From positions 1,198 through 65,197 of the forward strand of contig CAZROO010000006.1 of assembly GCA_964601735.1 (NCBI GenBank): 64,000 nt of DNA, read 5' to 3'. Of this stretch, positions 9,468 to 18,692 are shown piece after piece (the stretch's first letter is position 1; each line of letters begins with the position of its first letter). Source of the stretch: an uncultured Pseudomonadales bacterium (GTDB taxonomy: Bacteria > Pseudomonadota > Alphaproteobacteria > UBA2136 > UBA6156). A model generated the notes under the pieces. The model did no database searches. It saw only the letters and a list, made by a program, of their open reading frames with translations, and was not told where the DNA came from. The position numbers were made by a program, and so were the translations under genes.

Positions 9468-12244
9468 TGCTGCTTACTCCTTCCATCAATCACCTGCGGC
9501 CTGGGCTGCGGCTTGCCGCCTATGCCGTTGAACACGTCCTTCAGCAGCCCCGGTGTGAGCACGCTGAGAGGGTGCACCGAAATATCCGGCGCGTCCGAAC
9601 TGCCCTTGAGGCTGAAGTCGGCCACCACCACGCCGTCCTGGCTGCCGGTCAGCAGCGTGCCCAGCAGCGGAATTTTACTCACCAGCCGGTTAAACGGAAT
9701 GGCGGGCGCGAGATTGCCGTCGATGTCCAGCGTTTTGGTGACGCGGTTGTAACTGCCATTGAGGCGCAGGCTCATGCTCGGGCCTTCCATCGTCACGTTG
9801 TCGAGGTACACGAAGTCGTGGTCGAGGCGCAGCGGAATGTTGGCTTTGTCGAACAGCACGCTGTCGGTGCCGGCAATCAGCTGCGGCAGGCTCAGCAGGC
9901 CCAGCAAGCGCACCAGTACCGGCGGATTGGCCAGCTCGAAGTGTTTCATTTGTAAAACCCCCGCGCCCACGTCGGGGCTGTCGTAATTGATTTCGCCCGC
10001 CATGCGGCCGTTGCGCAGGTCTTTGTACAGCCCCAGCGCCCGCAGCAACTGGCCGGTGTTATCGATACTGACGTTGAGCTTGCGGCGGCCGTCGCCCCCG
10101 TTGGTGCTGACCACGCTGACCGGGTTGCCTTCGACTTTGGCGGTGAACTGGTGAATTTCCCACTTGCCCGCGTTGGCCGCCAGTTGCGCGGTGACGCCGG
10201 TGAGGTTGGCATCTTTGGTTTTGAGCTGGTCGAGCTTGACGTTGACGTTCATGTTCTTCACCGTCGTGTTGCTGGTGCTCAGGCTGTCCAAATCATACGC
10301 CGAGAGGTCGAGTTTTTTGCCCGTCAATGTCAGCGTGCTGCCGTCCATCGTCAGTGTTGCGTCAGAGGGTGCGGTCCAGCGCACGGCGCCCTTGAGGTTG
10401 GCGCCGAAGGTGGCGATCGCGTCGGTCAGGTTGGCGTTGAGGGTTTGGCCGCTCATGCTGCCATTGAGGTTCAGCGCCAGCTTGCCGCCGCCGATGCGTA
10501 CGAGGCCGTCGGCGATCTTTACCGGCGGCACGGGCAGGTCTTGCACCTTTTGCACGTCGGCGTTCTGCACGTTGCTTTCGGCGTCGACAATTGCGTCGGC
10601 AAAGCTGGTTTTACGACCCTGCTGGAACGGCAGCGTAAAGCTGATTTGCGTGGTATGCGTGCCGGCGGTGACCACCGGCATAGGCTCCTTCATCCAGTCG
10701 CCCAGGCCTTGCAGCAGTTGCGGCAGCGGCCCGGCCACGGTGCCCGACACCGTCAGGATGGTCGGCCCCGGTACGAACAGGTGGGTCAGGGCGACACGCA
10801 CATCCCTGGTTTGCTGCGGGCCCATCGGGCTTGGCGCCACCACAAAGTACAGGCCATCACCCTTGAGCACGAAGGTGCCGCTCACGTTGGCTATCGGTGG
10901 TAGCTCGTCGGCGAACCGAGCCTGGCCCTTGGCCATGTCGCCGCGAATCACCAGCCCGCAATCGTCACCGCAGAACGGGAAATCCTGTGGGTGGCCGGTG
11001 TAGGTCAGCACCACGTTGTTGAGGCGCGCGTCGCTGGAAATGTTCTTGCGCAAAAACGGCATCGCCACGTCCATGCGCTTGTCGGGCATGAAGTCGAAGA
11101 ACTTCTGCGCCAGCCCGGTGGTACTGTACATCACCACGCTGGCCTGCGGGTTATTCCCGGTCAGGCCTTGCACCCAGCCCTTGGCGTGGAGGGTGTTCAG
11201 GCCCTTGTACTCGGCATCGACGTCGTGCAACGTCAGCAAATCGGTCGGGCTTTGCTGGTAGCTGGCGGTCACTTTAAGCCGGTCGAATTTAAGCCCGTGC
11301 CCAAACCCCGGCGGCGTGGCAAAGGCCACGTCGCGCAGCCCCAGCGTTATCCACGGCTGGCCCAGCGTATTGTCGCGGCCCAGCGTGGTGCCCACTTCCA
11401 CCGTGCCCTGCGCCTTGATCATCTCGCTCACCTGGGGCGGCAGGTAATCAGCCACCAGGTCCAGGTCGGTACTGCCGAAGCGCGCACGCAGGTCGGCACT
11501 GGAGGCGCCTTCGGTGTGATCGAATGTCAGCAGCATCGGCAGCTTGCGCTCCTTGCCGTCCGGCGTCACGCGGCGCACTTCGGCCACCAGGCTGCCGTGT
11601 TCGCCACCTTCTGAAGTGCGGCCAACTTCCACGTTCGCGTCCTGCACAATCCACTCGGTGCGCTTGACGTCGTCGCGCAGCAGCAGGGTCAGGTCGGTCA
11701 CGCGCACGTTGCGCAGCCAGCCCCAGGTGTCGTTGAGTCCCAGGCCGTTGAGCCACGCCACCACGCCCACCGTTGCGGCGCCGGAGGCGTGGCTGCCGCC
11801 CACGTTAAGCCCGGCAATGCTGATATGGTCGTCGCTGCGCACCAGCCGCAGCGTCACGTTGCTGGCCTCCAGCGAGCGCGGCGCTACCCTGAACTGCCAC
11901 AGCGAGCGGCCGCTGAAGCGCACCGCCGCCTGCTCCACCACCACCGCCAGAGTGCCGTCGGCGCCGCGCAGCCACAGGTTGTCGGCGCGCAGCATGATGC
12001 CGTGGTCGTAATAGATTTCGGCGCCGCCCACCTGCAGGCTCACGCCCCCGCCCAGCAGCTTTTCCAGCCGCGGCACAAGGGCACTCAGGTCAATCGGGTT
12101 GTCCGGCCCATGAAACTGCTGCAGCCACCACAAGCCGCCGGAAAGCCCGCCGATAACCAGCATCACCAGAATGGTGAATACGCGGCCCAGCCACAAAATG
12201 AAGTGGTGCGGAATCAACACGGCAAGGTGCCTGGCGCGCGCCAT
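9464..12244 (-). CDS. Large AsmA/YhdP-like envelope protein (N-terminal TM anchor, long beta-rich body)
   Basis: 926 aa. N-terminal anchor FILWLGRVFTILVMLVIGGLSGGLWW. Long repetitive beta-rich sequence and a C-terminal region typical of AsmA-like proteins. TAATG overlap with the prfB stop. Confidence 0.55.
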   Translation of the reverse strand: MARARHLAVLIPHHFILWLGRVFTILVMLVIGGLSGGLWWLQQFHGPDNPIDLSALVPRLEKLLGGGVSLQVGGAEIYYDHGIMLRADNLWLRGADGTLAVVVEQAAVRFSGRSLWQFRVAPRSLEASNVTLRLVRSDDHISIAGLNVGGSHASGAATVGVVAWLNGLGLNDTWGWLRNVRVTDLTLLLRDDVKRTEWIVQDANVEVGRTSEGGEHGSLVAEVRRVTPDGKERKLPMLLTFDHTEGASSADLRARFGSTDLDLVADYLPPQVSEMIKAQGTVEVGTTLGRDNTLGQPWITLGLRDVAFATPPGFGHGLKFDRLKVTASYQQSPTDLLTLHDVDAEYKGLNTLHAKGWVQGLTGNNPQASVVMYSTTGLAQKFFDFMPDKRMDVAMPFLRKNISSDARLNNVVLTYTGHPQDFPFCGDDCGLVIRGDMAKGQARFADELPPIANVSGTFVLKGDGLYFVVAPSPMGPQQTRDVRVALTHLFVPGPTILTVSGTVAGPLPQLLQGLGDWMKEPMPVVTAGTHTTQISFTLPFQQGRKTSFADAIVDAESNVQNADVQKVQDLPVPPVKIADGLVRIGGGKLALNLNGSMSGQTLNANLTDAIATFGANLKGAVRWTAPSDATLTMDGSTLTLTGKKLDLSAYDLDSLSTSNTTVKNMNVNVKLDQLKTKDANLTGVTAQLAANAGKWEIHQFTAKVEGNPVSVVSTNGGDGRRKLNVSIDNTGQLLRALGLYKDLRNGRMAGEINYDSPDVGAGVLQMKHFELANPPVLVRLLGLLSLPQLIAGTDSVLFDKANIPLRLDHDFVYLDNVTMEGPSMSLRLNGSYNRVTKTLDIDGNLAPAIPFNRLVSKIPLLGTLLTGSQDGVVVADFSLKGSSDAPDISVHPLSVLTPGLLKDVFNGIGGKPQPRPQVIDGRSKQQ

Positions 12245-13357
12245 TATTCCTCCCGTTTATTCCCTACTTTTTCGGCGAGGGCTGCCCGGATGAACTTATC
12301 AATCTTGCCGTCGAGCACGCCGGTGGTGTCGCTGGTTTCCACGTCGGTGCGCAGGTCTTTCACCATCTGGTAGGGGTGCAGCACGTAGCTCCGGATCTGG
12401 TGGCCCCAGCCGATGTCGGTCTTGCTGTCTTCCAGCGCGCTCTGGGCGGCCTCACGTTTTTTCAACTCGATTTCGTACAACCGCGCCTTGAGCATGTTCA
12501 TGGCGATTTCGCGGTTGCGGTGCTGGCTGCGGTCCTGCTGGCTGGCGGCCACTGTATTGGTGGGAATGTGCGTGATGCGCACGGCAGATTCCACCTTGTT
12601 GACGTTCTGGCCGCCCGGCCCGCTGGCGCGGTAGGTGTCGATACGCAGGTCGGCGGGGTTGATTTCGATATTGATGTTGTCGTCGACCTCGGGGTACGCG
12701 AACACGCTGGCAAAGCTGGTGTGGCGCCGCGCGTTGCTGTCGAAAGGTGAAATCCGCACCAGCCGGTGCACGCCAGACTCGCTCTTGGCCATGCCGTAGG
12801 CATAGTCGCCCTGGATATAGATGGTGGCGTTTTTTATCCCGGCCTGTTCGGCAAAGTTCTCGTCCACCATGCTCACCTTGAAACCCTGGCGCTCGGCCCA
12901 ACGCATATACATACGCAGCAGCATCGCCGCCCAATCGCAGCTTTCCGTCCCCCCTGCCCCGGCGTGGACTTCGATATAGGCGTTGTTGATGTCGGCCTCG
13001 CCGCCGAGCAGACATTGGGTTTCCAGCTTTTCGGCCTCGTCGCCCAGCGCTTCCAGTTCGGCGGCGCCTTCGTTGATGCTGGATTCGTCGCTCTCGCTTT
13101 CGCCCAGTTCCAGCAGCGTCACGGCGTCGTCCAGGCGGCGGCGCACGGCATCGTACTGGCCCAGCGTCACCTCAATCCGGCGCTTTTCCTGCATCACGGT
13201 TTTGGCGGCGGCGGGGTCGTTCCACAAATCGGCGCTGGCGGCCCGCTGTTCCAACTCGGCTAACTTTTTACGCGCGGCGTCGGGGTCAAAGACGCCTCCC
13301 GAGCAGGGTAAGAACCTGCTCTACTTTTTCGACTTGTTGTTTGTGCTCGGCTTGCAT
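12244..13357 (-). CDS. prfB: Peptide chain release factor 2, expressed via programmed +1 frameshift
   Basis: Main frame 12244..13287 carries SGPGGQNVNKVESAVRITHIPT (GGQ) and an SPF-type region. Short frame-0 leader 13357..13289 reads MQAEHKQQVEKVEQVLTLLGRRL and ends at in-frame TGA. The two frames join at CTT TGA C. Confidence 0.95.
13285..13300 (-). other. prfB +1 frameshift cassette (internal SD-like GGGAGG, 3-nt spacer, CUU UGA C slippery/stop site)
   Basis: Minus-strand sequence GGGAGG CGT CTT TGA C has the same architecture and spacing as the classical E. coli AGGGGG TAT CTT TGA C. Confidence 0.9.
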
Positions 13358-13363
13358 TCTTTT

Positions 13364-13393
13364 AGCTTATAGCTTGTAGCTTGCAGCTTGTAG
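13364..13393. repeat. Heptad array (AGCTTNN)n in the prfB 5' leader
   Basis: agcttat agcttgt agcttgc agcttgt ag, 7 nt upstream of the prfB ATG. Shares CTACAAGCTGCAAGCT with 5097..5131. Confidence 0.6.
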
Positions 13394-13404
13394 AGGGGAT
13401 TGCG

Positions 13405-13434
13405 TAAAAAAGCAGGGAGCGCCAACCCCCTGCT
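13405..13434 (-). terminator. Rho-independent terminator of the EF-hand gene
   Basis: Minus strand reads AAGCAGGGggttggcgcTCCCTGCTTTTTT. Confidence 0.75.
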
Positions 13435-13460
13435 TCCTTCGAGCCACTCTCTCAACTCTT

Positions 13461-14222
13461 CTACGCCGTGGCGCTGCCGCCGGAGTTGCCGGTATCGGCG
13501 CCCGACGTACCATTGATGAACGCGCCCAGCTCGTCGCTGCTGACGCTGCCGTCGCCATTGCCGTCCATCTGGCCGAATAACTGCGCCAGTCCCGCGCCGT
13601 GGTGATGGTGTCTATGGTAGCTGCTCAGCGCGGCGGCCAATTGGGTTGCACCGGAACTTGCCGCCACCTGCCCGGTCGCGGCATTGGTGAGCGTATGAGT
13701 GGTAGTTTCGCTCACGCTCGCGCTTACCATAAAACCGCCATTTTCAAACATCGTGGCATGCACGCTCGCCGTCGCCGTGGTGCCCGGCGGCAGGCTGCTG
13801 CCGTCGCCGAATACCTTGCTGAACAAGTCTTCCGCGGCGTGGGTTACGGTATCGAGCATGCCGGACATGGCGCTGCCGAAGCCGCCGGACGATGAAGACG
13901 AAGCCGCCCCCACCTGCGCCGCAAACATGCCGCCGGCGAATTTTTTGAACTCGCCCAGCGAAATCTGGCCGTCGCCATCGGTGTCGATGCTTTTGAACAG
14001 GTCGGAGGTGTTGGTAATGCTGGAAGCCCCCGCGCCGTCGGCCTGGTTCATCAGGCTGGCGAACTCGGTTTGGCTGATGCTGCCGTCGCTGTCGCTATCG
14101 ACCTGGTTGAACAGGGCCTGCATCAACTGCTGCAAGCCGCCCGCCTGCTGGGACTGCTGGGTTTGGCCAGCACTGCCGCAACCGCCGCAGCTCCCCACGT
14201 TCATCATGGCGCTCATGCTCAT
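13461..14222 (-). CDS. EF-hand calcium-binding protein (three canonical EF loops), Gly/Ser/Ala-rich, His-rich patch
   Basis: Start re-picked at MSMSAMMNV, with GAAAGG upstream. Loops DSDSDGSISQTE, DTDGDGQISLGE and DGNGDGSVSSDE fit DxDxDGxIxxxE. HRHHHH patch present. No obvious signal peptide. Confidence 0.8.
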   Translation of the reverse strand: MSMSAMMNVGSCGGCGSAGQTQQSQQAGGLQQLMQALFNQVDSDSDGSISQTEFASLMNQADGAGASSITNTSDLFKSIDTDGDGQISLGEFKKFAGGMFAAQVGAASSSSSGGFGSAMSGMLDTVTHAAEDLFSKVFGDGSSLPPGTTATASVHATMFENGGFMVSASVSETTTHTLTNAATGQVAASSGATQLAAALSSYHRHHHHGAGLAQLFGQMDGNGDGSVSSDELGAFINGTSGADTGNSGGSATA

Positions 14223-14287
14223 TGCTTTACCTTTCGTTGTTACGCGGGGGGGCCTCTCCTCCCCCGCCAACGCTTGGTTATTTATTA

Positions 14288-14303
14288 TGCAGAAGCTGTG
14301 CCA
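14288..14303 (-). promoter_or_regulatory. Sigma-54 (-24/-12)-like promoter upstream of the EF-hand gene
   Basis: Minus strand TGGCACagcttCTGCA has the GG-N10-GC spacing of consensus TGGCAC-N5-TTGCA, about 65 nt upstream of the ATG. Embedded in the palindrome GTGCCAttttGGCAC. Confidence 0.4.
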
Positions 14304-14371
14304 AAATGGCACCTGAAAGGCCTTTAGTGTTGCAAAAAACCAGCTCAACGGCTAGCCACGCCAACAACCAA

Positions 14372-14520
14372 CCGCCTGCCCCACGTGGCCGCGCTTCTTT
14401 GCTCGGGCATGACGGGGCTATGGGTTCAAGCGTTACGTATTTTTACTGAGCACAGAGGCAGCTAAACCGTAACCCCGTCATTGGGTTTGCGAAGAGGCAA
14501 ACCCAACGCGGGGCTGGCGG
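14372..14520. repeat. Composite palindromic element (inverted type-A module + spacer + type-B module), MITE-like
   Basis: CCGCCTGCCCCacgtggccgcgc..gctcgggcatgaCGGGGCTATGG ... GTAACCCCGtcattgggtttgc..gcaaacccaacgCGGGGCTGGCGG. The outer ends are inverted repeats. Lies 3 nt after the mrcA stop. Confidence 0.7.
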
Positions 14521-14523
14521 CGA

Positions 14524-17040
14524 CTAGTAGATGCCGAGGAAGTTCAGCACGCCCTTGCGCTGTTGTTGCGGCTGCGGCGCTTCGGTGTCGCCTTCGGGCT
14601 CGCTCTCGTCGCGCACGCCCGGCACGGTGGAACTGGCGTCGGAAGGAATCACGGTTTCCGACTCGCTGCTGCCGCCAAACAGGTTGCTGAAGAAGCCGCC
14701 GCCGTTGAACACGCCGGTGTCGTAGCCGTAATAATCGGCCGGCGTTTGCTGGGTGGGCGCGGTGCCCTGCACAAAGGCTTCGGACATCGTGCGTTTGGTG
14801 GTCGGGCCCGGCAGGTAGCCGGTATCGCGGTCGATGGTCACAAACTGGATGCCGTCCGGTACGGCGAAATCTTCCGTCGGGGTCTTTTCCAGCGCAGCCT
14901 TCATGTAGGCCTTCCAGACCGGAATGGCCGCGCGCGCGCCGGTTTCGCCCGAGCCGAGCGATTTGGGCGTGTCCATGCCCACCCACACGCCGGTGGCGAT
15001 GCTGGGGGAAAAGCCCACAAACCAGGCATCGATAAAGTTGTTGGTGGTACCGGTTTTACCGGCCAGCGGGTGGCCCAGATCATTGAGGCTATAGCCGGTG
15101 CCGCGTTTAACCACGCCTTGCAGCATGCTGGTCATCAGGTAGCTCAGTTGCGGGCTCACCGCGCTGGTGGCGGGCAGCGCCGGAGGGGTAGGCAGTTTGT
15201 CGGGGCTGGCGCCCATGCTTTGCAGGCAGCCGTCGCAGGCGCTGGCGCTGCGCTGGAGGGTCTGGCCGTCAGGCCCCTGCACACGAAGAATGGCGCGCGG
15301 CGGCAGGTACAGGCCCCCGCGCGGGAACACCGAATACGCGGTCACCATGTCAATCAGGCTGAAGTTGAGCGAGCCCAGCACCACGGTCAAATCGTCCTGC
15401 GGCACATGGTCGCCGATGCCCAGGCGGTGCACCACGTCGCCCACGGCCTTGAGGCCCACGTCCTGCGCCAGCCGCACGGTCATCAGGTTGCGGCTTTGCT
15501 CCAGGCCTTTGCGCAGCGGCATCGGACCGCCGACCTTGTCGTCGTAGTTGGAGGGCTTCCATTCCTTGTCGCCGGTGCGGAACACCACCGGCGCATCCAG
15601 CACCGTGGTGGCGGGGGTGTACCCCTTTTCCAGTGCGGCCAGATACACATAGGGCTTGAACGACGACCCTACCTGCCGCTTGGCCTGCACCGCGCGGTTG
15701 AAGCCAACGCCTTCGCCCAGGCCGCCGACCATCGCCAGGATGTCGCCGCTGCGTACGTCGAGGCTCAGCAGCGCACCCTGCGCGGCGGGAACCTGCTCAA
15801 GCTGGTACTGGGTCTGGTCTTTCGCCCCATCCAACGGCTTGACCATCAGCACGTCGCCGGGCTTGAGGAAACCAGCGCCCTTCTTGCCCGTCCACTTGTA
15901 ACCGGCGGCCACCAGCGTGCCCTGCTTGTTTTCATCCAGGCCGATCTGGGCCTTTTCACCCGTCACCTTAAGCACCACCGCGGGAGTGCCGATACGCTTG
16001 CTGTGGCTGTACTGCTCCTGCACCTCGGCCAGTGCGCCCGGCCAGTCGTTGAGGGTGTTCAAATGCATCACCGGCCCGCGCCAGCCGTGGCGGTGGTCGT
16101 ACTCGCGCAGGCCGCGATACACGGCATCCTCGGCCTTTTTCTGCAGGTCGAGGTCGAGCGTGGTGTAAATGGCCAGGCCGTTCTGGTAGAGCGCGTCAGG
16201 GCCGAACTGCTGTTCGATCTGGCGGCGGATGTACTCGGCAAAATGCGGCGCGTCCTCGCCGCTGGCCAGCGGCGCCACGTGCAGGCCCAGCGGCAGCTTC
16301 TGGTCGGCCTCGGCTTCCTTGTCGGAAATGAAGTGGTTGTTAGCCATGCGCTGCAAAATGATGTTGCGGCGGGCCCGCGCAGAGTCAGGGTTACGCACCG
16401 GGTTGTAGCGGCTGGGGGCCTGCGGCAGCCCGGCAATCATGGCGCGCTCGGCGGGAGTCAGCTCGTTGAGGCTTTTGCTGAAATAAGTTTGCGCCGCGGC
16501 GGCAACGCCGTAGGCGCCGTTACCCAGGTAAATACGGTTGAGGTACAGTTCGAGAATCTCGTTTTTGGAAAACACCTGCTCAATTCGCCAGCTCAGAATC
16601 AGCTCCTTGACCTTGCGGGTGTAGGTGCGCTCGCTGGAAAGAAGGAAGGTCTTGGCCACCTGCTGGGTAATGGTGCTGGCGCCCTGGGTGCGGTCGGTGA
16701 GCGCGTTGCGCACGGCGGCGCGTATAATCGCCTTCAGGTCGAAGCCGCCGTGCTCGTAAAAGTGCGCGTCCTCGGCGGCGAGAAAGCTGTTGATGACGTC
16801 TTTGGGAATCTGGTCGATGGGCACCCACACGCGACGCTCGCGGGCAAACTCGGCGATGATCTGGCCGTTGCGGTCGTACACCTTGGTGATGAGCGACGGC
16901 TGCCACTTGGAGAGCTGCATGAAATCGGGCAATTGCGCGCTGAAATACGCCAGCGCCATGCCAAACACGGCAGCGCCCGCCAGCATGCCCAGCACCACAA
17001 GCCAGATTAGCACCCGCAGAAATTTATTAGGCTTCGCCAT
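14524..17040 (-). CDS. mrcA: Penicillin-binding protein 1A (bifunctional transglycosylase/transpeptidase)
   Basis: 838 aa with an N-terminal TM. Glycosyltransferase motifs EDAHFYEHGG and GASTITQQVAK. Transpeptidase motifs SSFKP, SxN and KTGT (AGKTGTTN). Confidence 0.95.
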   Translation of the reverse strand: MAKPNKFLRVLIWLVVLGMLAGAAVFGMALAYFSAQLPDFMQLSKWQPSLITKVYDRNGQIIAEFARERRVWVPIDQIPKDVINSFLAAEDAHFYEHGGFDLKAIIRAAVRNALTDRTQGASTITQQVAKTFLLSSERTYTRKVKELILSWRIEQVFSKNEILELYLNRIYLGNGAYGVAAAAQTYFSKSLNELTPAERAMIAGLPQAPSRYNPVRNPDSARARRNIILQRMANNHFISDKEAEADQKLPLGLHVAPLASGEDAPHFAEYIRRQIEQQFGPDALYQNGLAIYTTLDLDLQKKAEDAVYRGLREYDHRHGWRGPVMHLNTLNDWPGALAEVQEQYSHSKRIGTPAVVLKVTGEKAQIGLDENKQGTLVAAGYKWTGKKGAGFLKPGDVLMVKPLDGAKDQTQYQLEQVPAAQGALLSLDVRSGDILAMVGGLGEGVGFNRAVQAKRQVGSSFKPYVYLAALEKGYTPATTVLDAPVVFRTGDKEWKPSNYDDKVGGPMPLRKGLEQSRNLMTVRLAQDVGLKAVGDVVHRLGIGDHVPQDDLTVVLGSLNFSLIDMVTAYSVFPRGGLYLPPRAILRVQGPDGQTLQRSASACDGCLQSMGASPDKLPTPPALPATSAVSPQLSYLMTSMLQGVVKRGTGYSLNDLGHPLAGKTGTTNNFIDAWFVGFSPSIATGVWVGMDTPKSLGSGETGARAAIPVWKAYMKAALEKTPTEDFAVPDGIQFVTIDRDTGYLPGPTTKRTMSEAFVQGTAPTQQTPADYYGYDTGVFNGGGFFSNLFGGSSESETVIPSDASSTVPGVRDESEPEGDTEAPQPQQQRKGVLNFLGIY

Positions 17041-17129
17041 CAGGGCCCTACAAATAAACGCAAAGCGTCAAAGCGTCAAAGCTGAAATGACCACCGCCGC
17101 AAGTATACGCCGCTTCGGTTGGCGGGCAG

Positions 17130-18608
17130 TTACGAGGCCCGGCGCTTCTTCTTTTTCTTCGGCGTGTCGTCTTCGTGGCTGATGCCCGCGCCATTCTTCA
17201 TCATCGCCGGGGTTTGCAGGTGCACGTAGTGGTCAAGGTAGTTGCGGATGCCCTGCGCAATGGCCCCAGCCAGCTTGGCGCGGTAGGCGCTGCTCTCGAA
17301 GCGGCGGTTCTCCACCGGGCTGGTGATGTAGCCCATTTCCACCAGAATGCTCGGCACGTCCGGCGCCTTGAGCACCTTGAAGCCCGCAAACAGGGGCTCG
17401 GGCTTGCGCACCTCGGTCACGTCCTTAATCTGCGTCAGCACGCTGCCCGCCAGGTAGTGGCTATTATTAAGGGTGTCGCGCTGGGCGAGCGAAATCAGAA
17501 TTCCCTGCACTTCCTTGCTCTCGTTCTCAAAGCCCACGCCCGCCAGCACGTCGCCGGCGTTTTCGCTGTCGGCCAGGCGGGCGGCTTCCTTGTCGCTGGC
17601 CTTTTCGCTCACCATGTAAACGGTGGCGCCGCGCACGTCGCGGTCGGGGTGGCTGTCGGCGTGCAGGCTCACAAACAGGTTAGCCTGGGCGCGTTCGGCA
17701 ATGCGTGAGCGTTCGCCCAGCGGAATGTACTCGTCCTTATCGCGGGTGAAGATAACCTTGATATTATGGTCCTTCAAAATCGCGCCCACGCGCTTGACCA
17801 TATCCAGCGTCAGGTATTTTTCGCAATCACCCAGCGAGCAGGCGCCGGGGTCGACGCCGCCGTGCCCGGCATCCAGCGCCACAACCAGCGGCCCGCCGGG
17901 CTGCGACACAACTTGCGGCGGCACCACCGGCGCGTTCTTATCGCCCTCGTCCTCGTCGCCGGCAGGGCCGGGCGTGGCGGTGGCCTCGACGCCGGGCACG
18001 CTCACCAGCGGCGGGTTGGCGGCCTGCGCCACGGCGGTGGCAGACACGCCCTTGGGCGACCACGGCGTGGTGGTCACTACATCGGCGGGAGGCGCCACCT
18101 CGGTGGGCTTTTGGCCGGGCTTGAGCGCGGCGATGTCCAGCACCAGGCGCGGGCCCTGGCTGGCCCCGGCGGGAATCGGGAACACGCTCACGCGGGCGGG
18201 AGCCGAAAGGTCTACCACCATGCGCACCGTGCCGGGGCGGAACAGCCCCGCGCGCATGCCCTTGAGCATGCCGCCGTCGGGAATATCCACCAGGCTGGGC
18301 TGGGTGACGAACTGGATGGCGGGGAAATCGACCACCACCCGCGCCGGGTTATTGAGGGTGAACCAGCGGTGATCGATGGTCTTTTTGTCTGTCCGGTCAA
18401 AATCGAGCACCACCCGGGTATGGCGGCTGGTACCGCTGCCTTCCTGCGTCACGCGCAGCTTTTGCACCAGCGCCACGTTGGGTGAGGTGTAAATCGACTC
18501 GTCCTGCGCACGGCCCGGCACCGGCGGCCAGGCGATGAACGCCACCCAAAAGGCGGCAGCCAAAAACGGCCACTTCATTTTCCGGAAAAATTCGACCCTC
18601 GAACCCAT
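17130..18608 (-). CDS. N-acetylmuramoyl-L-alanine amidase with N-terminal AMIN domain (AmiC-type)
   Basis: AMIN-like segment (RVVLDF...ARVVVDF). Amidase_3 domain LDAGHGGVDPGA...SLHADS. Start ambiguous: MGSRVEFF at 18608 follows a G-rich SD; MKWPFL at 18578 is the alternative. Confidence 0.85.
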   Translation of the reverse strand: MGSRVEFFRKMKWPFLAAAFWVAFIAWPPVPGRAQDESIYTSPNVALVQKLRVTQEGSGTSRHTRVVLDFDRTDKKTIDHRWFTLNNPARVVVDFPAIQFVTQPSLVDIPDGGMLKGMRAGLFRPGTVRMVVDLSAPARVSVFPIPAGASQGPRLVLDIAALKPGQKPTEVAPPADVVTTTPWSPKGVSATAVAQAANPPLVSVPGVEATATPGPAGDEDEGDKNAPVVPPQVVSQPGGPLVVALDAGHGGVDPGACSLGDCEKYLTLDMVKRVGAILKDHNIKVIFTRDKDEYIPLGERSRIAERAQANLFVSLHADSHPDRDVRGATVYMVSEKASDKEAARLADSENAGDVLAGVGFENESKEVQGILISLAQRDTLNNSHYLAGSVLTQIKDVTEVRKPEPLFAGFKVLKAPDVPSILVEMGYITSPVENRRFESSAYRAKLAGAIAQGIRNYLDHYVHLQTPAMMKNGAGISHEDDTPKKKKKRRAS

Positions 18609-18692
18609 CCCTTCCCCCCTGCCATAAGGGGCCATTTTTATGCAAGCCGCCCCGGCACATTGCATGCAACTGCGAGGCAAAACCGCACCACA

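Noticed and set aside
14563-17010. Very long antisense ORFs opposite real genes. Examples: 815 aa opposite mrcA, 541 aa at 3731..5356 opposite bamB, 458 aa at 26649..28025 opposite accC, 502 aa at 35864..37372, 545 aa at 38507..40144, 569 aa at 42301..44010, 413 aa at 44531..45772 and 458 aa at 47348..48724.
   Set aside because: This is a typical high-GC artefact. The translations are Arg/Ala/Gly/His/Gln-rich low complexity with no motifs, while the opposite strand encodes clearly recognisable conserved proteins.
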